DNA of 32,000 bases from an uncultured archaeon (lineage in GTDB: Archaea > Iainarchaeota > Iainarchaeia > Iainarchaeales > 0-14-0-20-30-16), in the NCBI GenBank assembly GCA_964480435.1, contig CAYZSS010000003.1, forward strand, positions 1 through 32,000. The letters run 5' to 3'. Under the pieces are notes generated by a model that was given only the letters and a program-made list of their open reading frames with translations, was not told the origin of the DNA and ran no database searches. Numbering within the stretch: position 1 is the stretch's first letter; each line of letters begins with the position of its first letter. Below, one piece after another: positions 15,385 through 24,088 of the stretch. The translations under genes and the position numbers were made by a program.

Positions 15385-18300
15385 TTACTTTGGAACAGTA
15401 TAGTAAGTAACCTTCTTTTTTCTTTTTGTCTTTGATAAAAGAAAATACAATGCAAAAATAATACCACAAAATACTAATATTCCTAAACCGTATATTGCAG
15501 TTGATGATGACGTTATTGTTGTGCCAGACAGTGCTTTTTTTGCATTGATTATTGCATTAAAATAATCTTTGTTTTCTAAATCGCTTTTTGCGTCATAAAG
15601 GTAATTTTTATCCCCATTATTTTTTTCAGCAAGCAGAATATTTTCTGTGGCGATTGCTTGTAAACCTAACTCAATTTGTTCTAAATTGTTACTTGCTAAA
15701 TAATAATTATAAATCACAGTATCAATTTTTTTGCTATCAAAGTTTATTACTGCCTTTGCGCTATCTTTTAAATAATCAATATCAAAATTATTTTTTAACG
15801 AATCAATAGAAATGATATCCTTCGTAACAGTATCTAATACTTTTTTGTTATCTTTGATTGCTGTTATGCCATAAGGGATTTTTTCATAATTTTTTGCTAA
15901 TTCAAAATCATTAGAATTAAATAAAGATAATAATCTATTATAGTTGGTCCAGGCGGAGTCTAATTCAGTTTTTATTGTTTCAACATATGCAAATTTACTG
16001 TCTATGTCTTCTTTTTTTATTTTAATATTTTTTTCTAAAGCTGTTTCGTTTTCATTATTTATATTGGTTACGGATTCTAGTGCTGAAAAAAAGGCATTAT
16101 AATCCATAAAATAGAGTGCGGTTTTTGCAGCATCTAATTCTTCGGTAAAATTTTTAAAAGGCGAAAAAAGAAGTTTAGAATAAGTCTCCATCTTACTGCT
16201 TTCCGCGGAAATTGATTCTAGCTGTTTTTCAAGACCTTCAGCATATTTTGCGCGCATTTTATCTATGCTTTTTTGATCCCCTGCATAATCACTAGTTTCT
16301 AATTTTGTAATTTCTTCCTCTATTGTATGTAGATCATTATTTAGTTCGGGTATTGAGAACTCTTGTGTGCCCGTAATTAAATTTAATATGCCTTGGTTTT
16401 TTTTAATTGTTTCTAAAAATGATGTAAGATTTTTATATCTTAAAATAACTAAACTTTTTTCACTTGTTTTTATAATGCTCTTTTCATTTTCAGTTTTTAA
16501 TTTTTCCGTATTGCTTATTAGGTCTACAAGCTCTTTTTGTAATCCCGGATTGTTATTTGGGCTAAGAAGCTCTAGGTTTTTAATTTTTTCTAAAATTTCT
16601 CTTGCCTTTTCTCGTATTGTTTCGTCTGGGGAATTTAATAATTCTTCGCAGATTTCTTTTAATTCAGTAATTTCAGAAATAAACTTTTTTTCTTCATCTT
16701 TCGCATATACTATAATTGAAAAAGTATTTTCTGAAAGCGGTTTTAAATTTGCATAAAATAATAAAAAGCCCCCGGCTTTTTTTGGAGTGTACTCTTTTCC
16801 CTGTAAATCGAATACTTCTCCAGTGTCATAATTTATGCCTGTATTGATTGCTGCATTAGTTATTAGTGTTGCGAGGTTATTTTTTATTTTTAAACTATAT
16901 ATGTATCTTGTGGTTTGGTCGTCCATTTCGTCAGTTGATTCTAGAGTGAGTTCTTTAGAAATGGCATTAAAAAAATAATTTTTTACTGTTATACAGGAAT
17001 CTTTTTTAAAAATAGCATCAGTAACATAAATTTTATTTTCTATAATTTCATAAGTAAGAATTTTTCCCGAATCATCGAAGATATCTATTTTATCTGCAGA
17101 AAAACTTTTTTCTAAAATTGGATTTGCTGTTTTTGCATTAAAGCAAAAAGATTGGTATAATTCTAAATGGTCTGTTAATTCTGATTCCTGTTTAGTATAT
17201 TTGTTACTTTTATACACGATATTTAATTCCGTTAGAGGATCTAAGCCTGTTAATGAAATATTGCAAAATTTTTGTTTGCAGTCGTATGTAATTAATCTTT
17301 TTCCCGATAGGTCTTCAATTAGCTCAGCCACAGGAAGTTCAAATTCTATTTTTGAATCCCAGCTAAACTGAACAGGGAAGCTGATTGCGCTGTTACTAAA
17401 AATATAAATGTTATTTAAATAGCAAGGCAGTGCAGTTGATAACATTTCACTAGAAGTTTTATCCCACTTGTTTATTTCTTCTCCTGTTTTATTTAGCCCG
17501 TTTTTAGATATATAATCCATTAACTTGTTGCTGTTTTTTGTGTCGGCAATAAAAGCATATAACTCATTAATCTGTTTGCTAATACATAAAGGTGAACTGG
17601 CTCTAATGATATTTAAATTGCTATACTTGCTTTTTAGACCTGCCAGCATTAATCCATAAATTTGGCTATCCAAATAAATCAAATAATCTTCTTCTAATTT
17701 TTTTAATTCTTCACAGGCTTTTTCAGGATTGTAATTTAAAGATATTTCTAGTTCTGAAATGATTTTCTTAATTTTTTCCTTACAAGAATCAAGTTCAATC
17801 TTATTGGTGTTCTGGAAAAATAATGCGCAATTTTCTAATGTTCTATTGTTTACATATTTTTTATAATAATATTCCGCAGTTTGGTTATTTTTATTTTCAG
17901 AAAAAATATTATTTATTTCGGAGTCACAAGTAAAAATTATTTTTTCAGTATTTTGTTTATGGTTATTTAATTGTGTCTGTATTTCAGTTATTTCTAATTC
18001 CGTTTTATTTAATTGATAATATTTTTTTCCAAGAGTATCAGCTAGATTTGTAAGTTCTAAGGTTATGCTTTCAACTTTTTCACTATAATCAATTTCTCCA
18101 AGACCTAAATTAAACTTGCTGGATAAATAATCAAAATCTGAAGAGTTATTTTGTGTAATATCGGTTGTCAATAAATTTACTTCTGCTATAAGTGTGTCTT
18201 TTTTTTGCTCTAACTGCTGTTCTAAGAAATATATTTCAGAATCTAATTTTTTTGCATCATCAGTTAGGAGTTTTATTACCGTTCCATTATAACCAAATAT

Positions 18301-19167
18301 GCTGGTATATTCTTTTACAAAATCAGCTAAGTTGAAATATTCATTAAATATATTTGTCAAATTATAGTAGTTTATATTTTCCGCATTAATAATGTTGTCA
18401 AATAGGGCTTCAGCAAAAGCAGTTAATAAGGTGTTTTCTGGTAATTCAATAAGCCCAAAGAAATAATTGTTTATTTTTTCTTGAAGTAGTCCAAATCGGA
18501 TTATTTGTCTATAGTCAACTACTGATTGGTTTGAAACCTTGGCTTGAGAATAAAGATAAGAATTATTAAAATAAGTCCAAGAACTATAGCCTGTCTGTTG
18601 TAGTTTAAAACCTGGGCTACTTATCACTAATTTGTCCATCGTTATATTCCAATTATCTGTTAATGAAATGTAACTTTTATAAACGCCTGTATTGGCCAAT
18701 AAGTTAATATCGTTATCTTCAAGCTCTTTCTTTATGCTGCCTAACAAAACTGTTTGCCTATATCCAAGATTTGTTAAATCTGATGAACTGATCTTTGAAT
18801 ATGAATATAAATATTGTAGACTGGAAAGGAACTCATCTGATGCTGGCTTAGAGCAATTTGTATTTATTTTTTTTGTGGTGCTTAGCAAATTACTCATGCT
18901 TACCCAAGAATCGATAATTGATTTTTCATAGTTCGATTTGGCAGAATTTAGTGTTTTTAGTGTTTCTGATTTAAAACTAAATCCAAAAAGAGAATTGTAC
19001 TTTTCATTACATTTGCCAGCAGTTAAACAATCAGGAGAATCAGAATAAGTAATATTTGTTTTATCAGTACACAAACTTATTATGTTTGTTTTTTCTTGTT
19101 CTTCCACACAGCCAGATAGAAAAAGCAAAACGATACAAACAAAGCATACTAAATAACTATATTTCAT
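15385..19167 (-). CDS. Giant (1260 aa) surface protein: lipobox-type signal peptide, coiled-coil/N-S-K-E-rich ectodomain, S/T linker, C-terminal TM anchor
   Basis: N-terminus MKYSYLVCFVCIVLLFLSGCVEE (L-S-G-C lipobox). More than 15 N-x-S/T sequons. C-terminus TTITSSSTAIYGLGILVFCGIIFALYFLLSKTKRKKK. Confidence 0.75.
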   Translation of the reverse strand: MKYSYLVCFVCIVLLFLSGCVEEQEKTNIISLCTDKTNITYSDSPDCLTAGKCNEKYNSLFGFSFKSETLKTLNSAKSNYEKSIIDSWVSMSNLLSTTKKINTNCSKPASDEFLSSLQYLYSYSKISSSDLTNLGYRQTVLLGSIKKELEDNDINLLANTGVYKSYISLTDNWNITMDKLVISSPGFKLQQTGYSSWTYFNNSYLYSQAKVSNQSVVDYRQIIRFGLLQEKINNYFFGLIELPENTLLTAFAEALFDNIINAENINYYNLTNIFNEYFNLADFVKEYTSIFGYNGTVIKLLTDDAKKLDSEIYFLEQQLEQKKDTLIAEVNLLTTDITQNNSSDFDYLSSKFNLGLGEIDYSEKVESITLELTNLADTLGKKYYQLNKTELEITEIQTQLNNHKQNTEKIIFTCDSEINNIFSENKNNQTAEYYYKKYVNNRTLENCALFFQNTNKIELDSCKEKIKKIISELEISLNYNPEKACEELKKLEEDYLIYLDSQIYGLMLAGLKSKYSNLNIIRASSPLCISKQINELYAFIADTKNSNKLMDYISKNGLNKTGEEINKWDKTSSEMLSTALPCYLNNIYIFSNSAISFPVQFSWDSKIEFELPVAELIEDLSGKRLITYDCKQKFCNISLTGLDPLTELNIVYKSNKYTKQESELTDHLELYQSFCFNAKTANPILEKSFSADKIDIFDDSGKILTYEIIENKIYVTDAIFKKDSCITVKNYFFNAISKELTLESTDEMDDQTTRYIYSLKIKNNLATLITNAAINTGINYDTGEVFDLQGKEYTPKKAGGFLLFYANLKPLSENTFSIIVYAKDEEKKFISEITELKEICEELLNSPDETIREKAREILEKIKNLELLSPNNNPGLQKELVDLISNTEKLKTENEKSIIKTSEKSLVILRYKNLTSFLETIKKNQGILNLITGTQEFSIPELNNDLHTIEEEITKLETSDYAGDQKSIDKMRAKYAEGLEKQLESISAESSKMETYSKLLFSPFKNFTEELDAAKTALYFMDYNAFFSALESVTNINNENETALEKNIKIKKEDIDSKFAYVETIKTELDSAWTNYNRLLSLFNSNDFELAKNYEKIPYGITAIKDNKKVLDTVTKDIISIDSLKNNFDIDYLKDSAKAVINFDSKKIDTVIYNYYLASNNLEQIELGLQAIATENILLAEKNNGDKNYLYDAKSDLENKDYFNAIINAKKALSGTTITSSSTAIYGLGILVFCGIIFALYFLLSKTKRKKKVTYYTVPK

Positions 19168-19224
19168 TCGCGAAATAAATAAGTAGAAAAAGAATATAAA
19201 ACTATTTATTTTCTTCTTTGTGGT

Positions 19225-21672
19225 TTAGAAAAGGGTTTTTTGTCCAATTAGTTTTTTAACTACAATTTCATCTGGCCCTTCTTTTTTATTTACATGTAGT
19301 TCTAATTGTGATTCTATTTCTTTTGCTCTTTCAATAACTGTTTTTGGTATCCCTGCGAGTTTGGCAACAGCTATACCATAACTTTTATCTATGCTTCCAC
19401 GTACGATCTTTCGTAAAAATATTATTTCTCCATTGTGTTCTTTTACAGAAATATGGTAGTTTTTTACCCCTTGCAACTTGTTTTCTAATTCAGTTATTTG
19501 ATAATAATGGGTCGCAAATAATGTTTTTGCTTTAATATTTTCATAAATGTACTCTAATACAGACCAAGCAATACTTAGCCCATCAAAAGTTGAGGTGCCA
19601 CGCCCCACCTCGTCAAGAATAATAAAACTTTTTTCAGTGGCATTATTTAAAATATTGGCTACTTCAGTCATCTCCACCATAAATGTGCTTTGGCCCATTG
19701 CTAAATTATCTCTTGCGCCGATTCTTGTAAAAATTCTGTCTACTACTCCTATGGTGGCTTTCTCTGCAGGGACATAAGAACCAATTTGAGCCATTAAAAT
19801 AATCAAAGCATTTTGTCGAAGATAAGTTGATTTCCCCGCCATATTTGGCCCAGTAAGAATAATTACTTTTTGCTCGTTTTTTTCTAAATTTAAATCATTT
19901 TTTATGAATTCATCAACTTCGATTTTTTCAATTACTGGGTGTCTGCCATTAATAATATTTAAATTGTAGCTGTCTGATATTGCCGGCCTTGTATAGTTGT
20001 TTTTTATGGCAGTTATGGCAAGGCAATTGTAAAAATCAATGTCTTCGGTTATTTTGCTTAAATCATATAAAATGGTAATTTTTTCATTAATTGTTTCAAC
20101 AATCTTAAAAAATAATTCGTATTCTAGTGCTTTAATTTTTTCTTCTGAGCTTAAATAAGTATCTTCTAATTTTTTTAGTTCGTCAGTAATATATCTTTCA
20201 GCATTTGCAAGAGTTTGTTTTCTAATATAGTGTGGGGGCACAGCTACATTTGAACCAGGTATTTCAATGAAGTATCCAAAAACACGGTTATACTTTATTT
20301 TTAAAGTTTTTATTCCTGTTTTTTCTTTTTCTTGTTGTTCTATTGCAATTATCTTTTCAGTTATATTTTCTTTTAAATACTTTAGTTCATCAATAACAGG
20401 GTTAAATCCCTTTTTTATAATGCCTCCATCTCTTAAGATTAAAGGCGGTTCATTAACAATACTTTCTTCAATAAGTTTCCCTATGTCTAAAATTTCTGGT
20501 TTAAGTTCAAAATCTAAATTTTGTATTCTTTCGCAGAGATTTTTTATGTTAGGCATAACGAACAAGGCATTTTTTAGTCCAACTAAATCTCGGGGGTTTG
20601 CGGTGTTCATAGATATCTTTGATAAAATTCGTTCTATATCAGGTACTTGTTTAAGTGAATCTGCTAGGTCAGTATAAAATCCGGAATTAATAATTGTTTC
20701 AATGCTATTTAACCGGTAATTAATTTTGTCTTTGTTTATTAATGGTCTTAAAATTTCTCTTTTTAATTTTCTTGCACCCATCGCTGTATTGGTATTATCT
20801 AAGGTATCTAATAATGTGTTTTTTCTTGTTCTACTAAAATTGTTTTCTATTAGTTCTAGATTTTGTATTGTTTGTGAGTCCAAATACATGAATTCACTTA
20901 AGCTGAATTTTTTAATTGATTTTATGTGGTTTATTTTTCCTCTTTGAGTAAGTCTAAAATAGTAAAGTAGAGCCCCCGCTGCGGAAATTATCTCTTCTTT
21001 GTCTGAAATTTCAAAACAATCAAGATTTAATATGTTAAAATTAGTTTTGATTTCTTCTGCTCCAAACTCTTTGTTAAAAAAAACAAAAGAAATTGGTGTT
21101 ATGGCGGCAGAAGTGATTTTTTTAATTCTTGAAATTATAGTTTCACTAGTATTATCTGGAATTAGTATTTCTGCGGGCTGTATTTTTATTATTTCATGTA
21201 TAAGTTCATCCAGACCATCTAATTCAGTTACTCTGAATTCACCAGTAGAAATATCTGATATGGCTAGCCCAATTTTTTGTCCTGGAAAAATACTTAAAAT
21301 ATAATTATTGGTCTTTGAGTCCAAAAAATCTCCATTTAATACTGTCCCGGGTGTTATGGTTCTAAGCACATCTCTTTTTACTAATCTGCCTTTTGCTAAT
21401 TTTGGGTCTTCCATTTGTTCAATAATTGTTACTGTAAGCCCGGCTCTTATTAGTTTTGCCAGATAGTTGTCTAAAGCATGAAATGGTATTCCTGCCAAGG
21501 GTACTCCTTGTGCGCCTCGCTTTGTAAGGGTTATATTCAGCACTTTTGAGGCCATTTTGGCATCATCAAAAAAAGTTTCATAGAAATCTCCCATTCTGAA
21601 CAATAGTAAGGAGGTGGGATACTCTTGTTTGATTTTGACAAACTGTTTCATAGCAGGTGTAAGATTATCCAT
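19225..21672 (-). CDS. mutS: DNA mismatch repair protein MutS (bacterial MutS1 type)
   Basis: N-terminal mismatch-recognition region TPAMKQFVKIKQEYPTSLLLFRMGDFYETFFDDA (Phe-x-Glu present). Walker A TGPNMAGKSTYLRQ. DEVGRGTSTFDG. The track begins at TTG 21690. ATG 21672 (MDNLTPAMKQF) aligns better with known MutS N-termini. Confidence 0.93.
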   Translation of the reverse strand: MDNLTPAMKQFVKIKQEYPTSLLLFRMGDFYETFFDDAKMASKVLNITLTKRGAQGVPLAGIPFHALDNYLAKLIRAGLTVTIIEQMEDPKLAKGRLVKRDVLRTITPGTVLNGDFLDSKTNNYILSIFPGQKIGLAISDISTGEFRVTELDGLDELIHEIIKIQPAEILIPDNTSETIISRIKKITSAAITPISFVFFNKEFGAEEIKTNFNILNLDCFEISDKEEIISAAGALLYYFRLTQRGKINHIKSIKKFSLSEFMYLDSQTIQNLELIENNFSRTRKNTLLDTLDNTNTAMGARKLKREILRPLINKDKINYRLNSIETIINSGFYTDLADSLKQVPDIERILSKISMNTANPRDLVGLKNALFVMPNIKNLCERIQNLDFELKPEILDIGKLIEESIVNEPPLILRDGGIIKKGFNPVIDELKYLKENITEKIIAIEQQEKEKTGIKTLKIKYNRVFGYFIEIPGSNVAVPPHYIRKQTLANAERYITDELKKLEDTYLSSEEKIKALEYELFFKIVETINEKITILYDLSKITEDIDFYNCLAITAIKNNYTRPAISDSYNLNIINGRHPVIEKIEVDEFIKNDLNLEKNEQKVIILTGPNMAGKSTYLRQNALIILMAQIGSYVPAEKATIGVVDRIFTRIGARDNLAMGQSTFMVEMTEVANILNNATEKSFIILDEVGRGTSTFDGLSIAWSVLEYIYENIKAKTLFATHYYQITELENKLQGVKNYHISVKEHNGEIIFLRKIVRGSIDKSYGIAVAKLAGIPKTVIERAKEIESQLELHVNKKEGPDEIVVKKLIGQKTLF

Positions 21673-21773
21673 ACTATCATTATACAACAAAACTCTTTTT
21701 TATTGTTTCTACGAATCTCTTTATAAATATTTGTTATGAAAAAAATAATAGACTTTAACACATTTGTCTTTTT

Positions 21774-21846
21774 GGGTTCGTAGCTCAGTTGGTAGAGCAC
21801 TGGACTTTTAATCCAGGTGTCCGGGGTTCGAGCCCCCGCGAGCTCA
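21774..21846 (+). tRNA. tRNA-Lys (anticodon UUU)
   Basis: Acceptor GGGTTCG/CGAGCTC (two G-U pairs). D arm GCTC-AGTTGGTA-GAGC. Anticodon arm CTGGA-CTTTTAA-TCCAG. Variable loop GTGTC. T arm CGGGG-TTCGAGC-CCCCG. Discriminator A. No CCA. Confidence 0.9.
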
Positions 21847-21850
21847 TATC

Positions 21851-21866
21851 GCCTTTAATAAAAGGC
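21851..21866. promoter_or_regulatory. Palindrome GCCTTT aata AAAGGC starting 4 nt after tRNA-Lys
   Basis: 6-bp perfect stem with a 4-nt loop. Same GCC-T/A-GGC design as the elements next to tRNA-Gly and tRNA-Asp. Confidence 0.4.
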
Positions 21867-22077
21867 AAAAAGCTTTCCTGACAAGATAATATGTTACTTC
21901 TTTGATTTTTTGCTTTTGGTAAAAATTTTTGGGGGTAACACCTCTTTCTTAGAGTTTTTATAAAAAGGCCCTTATGTATATTGGGAAAATTATTTATATA
22001 AGCAATCACAATATATTTATAAAGATTAACAGCTATGTTTTATCAGGAGATATTTATATTAATCTGGAGGGGTACAA

Positions 22078-22437
22078 ATGGCATTCATAGATAAAATGTT
22101 AAAAAAATCAAAAACTGACGATGTAGACATAGAAGATTTCTTAAACAATTTAGATGTTTCAGAAGAAGAAATGTATGACGAAGCAGACGCATATGTAAAA
22201 CCAATTATGCTAAAAGTGGATACAGATCTAAAAACAGTAGCAAAAGAATTGAAAGAAGGAAATATTGTACTACTAAATGTTTCAGATTTAGTTAAGAGGA
22301 GCCCAGTAAGACTAAAAGAGCAATTGGCTAAATTAAAGAGATTCGTAACTGAAATAGATGGAGATATTGCTAGAATATCTGAAGAGCAGGTTATTTTAAC
22401 TCCAACCAAGATAAAGATAGTAAAGAGGAAGAAATAA
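22078..22437 (+). CDS. sepF: Cell division protein SepF (archaeal FtsZ membrane anchor)
   Basis: 119 aa. N-terminal amphipathic MAFIDKMLKK. Core YVKPIMLKVDTDLKTVAKELKEGNIVLLNVSDL...EIDGDIARISEEQVILTPTKIKI matches the SepF/DUF552 pattern (..G.ivi.nl......DGDi......i.ltP..v.i). GGAGGGG SD upstream. Confidence 0.85.
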   Translation: MAFIDKMLKKSKTDDVDIEDFLNNLDVSEEEMYDEADAYVKPIMLKVDTDLKTVAKELKEGNIVLLNVSDLVKRSPVRLKEQLAKLKRFVTEIDGDIARISEEQVILTPTKIKIVKRKK

Positions 22438-22520
22438 ATTCCCATAACGGGGATTTGTTTCAGCTCTGATACTTTTTGCAAAAGCAAAAAGAACTTTGGG
22501 AAGAAGCAATTCTTCTTTTT
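22436..22520 (+). terminator. Three consecutive hairpins after sepF, the last followed by a T-run
   Basis: A: AAATTCCC ataac GGGGATTT (22436-22456, one G-U). B: CTTTTTGC aaaa GCAAAAAG (22472-22491). C: GAAGAA gcaa TTCTTC (22500-22515), followed by TTTTT (22516-22520). Confidence 0.5.
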
Positions 22521-22533
22521 CTAATCTTGTTGG

Positions 22534-23286
22534 GTGCCAAAATTGAGAACTACTTTTAAAAATGAATATTCAATAGAAGAAATATCCGAGTATATGGATG
22601 AATTACTAATAAAAAAAGGAACAAGAATATACGAATTTGATACCCCTAAATATAATCTTATTTATGTCCCTTTTTGGGTTTTTGAATATCATTTAGGGAA
22701 AAAAACTGGTTTTGGATATTTAAATGCTAGTAATTCGGAAGTTGTATTGGATAATGTTTTTTATAAAGAAACAGTAAAAAAAGAACAAATTGACTTAGAT
22801 GTTCTTCTTACCTATGAAGAATATAGATTTTATAAACCCGAAATTAAAAAAAATTTATATGAGCAAGATTTAAAGGCAAGAGAATTTCTAAACTATAAGC
22901 TACCTTATTTGTTTGAAAACAAAGATCAACATTTTATAACCAACCTAGATTTAGTATATTTCCCATTTTGGGAGGTATCTGTGAAAATAGATAAGGCGTA
23001 CAAAATGTCGCTTTTATCTACTATAAACAAAACCCTCTCTAGTTTAGACGTTATCCAATCTGATTTTAAACAAGTAAAAGATACTAGCTCATCCGGTTTG
23101 TTTTTAGATTTGCTAAAAGAAATTAAAAGCCCTACTGGATTTTTTAAGTATTTGGGGAACATATTTTTATATCTTTCAAAAATACTATTTGATTTTTTTG
23201 CCTATTTTTTTACAGGCAAGTATGTAGGTATTAAATTATTGGTATTAGTTATAGTTATTGTTGCTCTTTTCATTATTTTTTTATAA
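22534..23286 (+). CDS. Tail-anchored hypothetical protein with two (Y)xPFW motifs
   Basis: YNLIYVPFWVFEYHLGKKTGFGYLN and LDLVYFPFWEVSVKIDKAY. Extreme C-terminal TM GIKLLVLVIVIVALFIIFL. The start is uncertain (GTG 22534 or ATG 22594). Confidence 0.55.
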   Translation: MPKLRTTFKNEYSIEEISEYMDELLIKKGTRIYEFDTPKYNLIYVPFWVFEYHLGKKTGFGYLNASNSEVVLDNVFYKETVKKEQIDLDVLLTYEEYRFYKPEIKKNLYEQDLKAREFLNYKLPYLFENKDQHFITNLDLVYFPFWEVSVKIDKAYKMSLLSTINKTLSSLDVIQSDFKQVKDTSSSGLFLDLLKEIKSPTGFFKYLGNIFLYLSKILFDFFAYFFTGKYVGIKLLVLVIVIVALFIIFL

Positions 23287-24024
23287 ATTATAATCATCAA
23301 TATTTCGTATTTCCATTCCTTTTGAGGTTATTTCTAAAGGATGTATATCTGACGAATGTTTTGTACCACGCAGTTTTCTTACCAAAAACGTTCTATTTAT
23401 TCCTTGAACTCCTGTGTCCAAGTATTTAAGTATAAATACTCCATCCGCAACAAATTCTTCTACCCCGAATCTACTGTATTTTTTTGTATCTTGTTCTAAT
23501 TCGGAAACCATCAGAGTTGTAACTCCTATTTTGGAAAACATATAAACCATTTCTAATATGGCTAGTCTTGCATCGTCAGAATTTTTAAAATATACTCCCA
23601 TTGTTGCAACAGAGTCAATAACCAATCTTTTTGCTCCTATTGATTTACAAGCCTTAATAGTTTCAAGAATCAACTTTTTATAATCAAAACTAGTATCAAC
23701 TATGGCGTGTTCTTCAGCGGAAGGCAAGCCCAATCTTCCGATTGATGCATCAATAACAAGTAATTTTTGCTGATCTTCCATGTCTTTTATGTCCCAGCCA
23801 AATTTTTCCATATCTTGTCTTACTAGATCTGGTCTTTCATCTAGGGTAACATATACTCCTGGTTCGTTATACTTGGCAGCCCCATTGTATAAAAATTGCA
23901 TGGAAAATATTGTTTTTCCCGCACCTGTAGCACCAGAGACAAGAACTGTTCTGTTTTTTGGTATTCCACCCTCAATTAGGTCGTCTAGACCTTCTATTCC
24001 ACTTGGTATTCTTTCTAACGCCAT
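23281..24024 (-). CDS. KaiC/RecA-superfamily single-domain ATPase (KaiC-like)
   Basis: IPSGIEGLDDLIEGGIPKNRTVLVSGATGAGKTIFSMQFLYNGA (Walker A), LLVIDS-type Walker B (RLVIDSV). 247 aa. The 3' end overlaps the convergent gene within the palindrome TTATAA. Confidence 0.85.
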   Translation of the reverse strand: MALERIPSGIEGLDDLIEGGIPKNRTVLVSGATGAGKTIFSMQFLYNGAAKYNEPGVYVTLDERPDLVRQDMEKFGWDIKDMEDQQKLLVIDASIGRLGLPSAEEHAIVDTSFDYKKLILETIKACKSIGAKRLVIDSVATMGVYFKNSDDARLAILEMVYMFSKIGVTTLMVSELEQDTKKYSRFGVEEFVADGVFILKYLDTGVQGINRTFLVRKLRGTKHSSDIHPLEITSKGMEIRNIDDYNL

Positions 24025-24088
24025 ATTATTCTCACTACTATTAAATAGCTTGTTTTATATATAAATATTTTCGTTTATTATATGTTAT

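Noticed and set aside
19344-21304. Several plus-strand ORFs (19344-19535, 19547-19777, 20267-20677, 20726-20947, 20999-21304)
   Set aside because: All are antisense within mutS and have low-complexity composition.
21739-21773. Leaderless, RNase-P-independent tRNA transcription as in Nanoarchaeum (a TATA-like box fixed at about -26)
   Set aside because: Only tRNA-Lys has an AT-rich box (AAAAATAATA) at -33 to -24. tRNA-Gly and tRNA-Asp have G/C-containing sequence there, so the spacing is not consistent. It cannot be decided from this window.
21785-22009. 74-aa minus-strand ORF
   Set aside because: Its 3' part is the antisense of tRNA-Lys, so it is an artefact.
22059-22487. 142-aa minus-strand ORF
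   Set aside because: Antisense to sepF, whose product matches the SepF family. The antisense product is S/F/T-rich low-complexity sequence.
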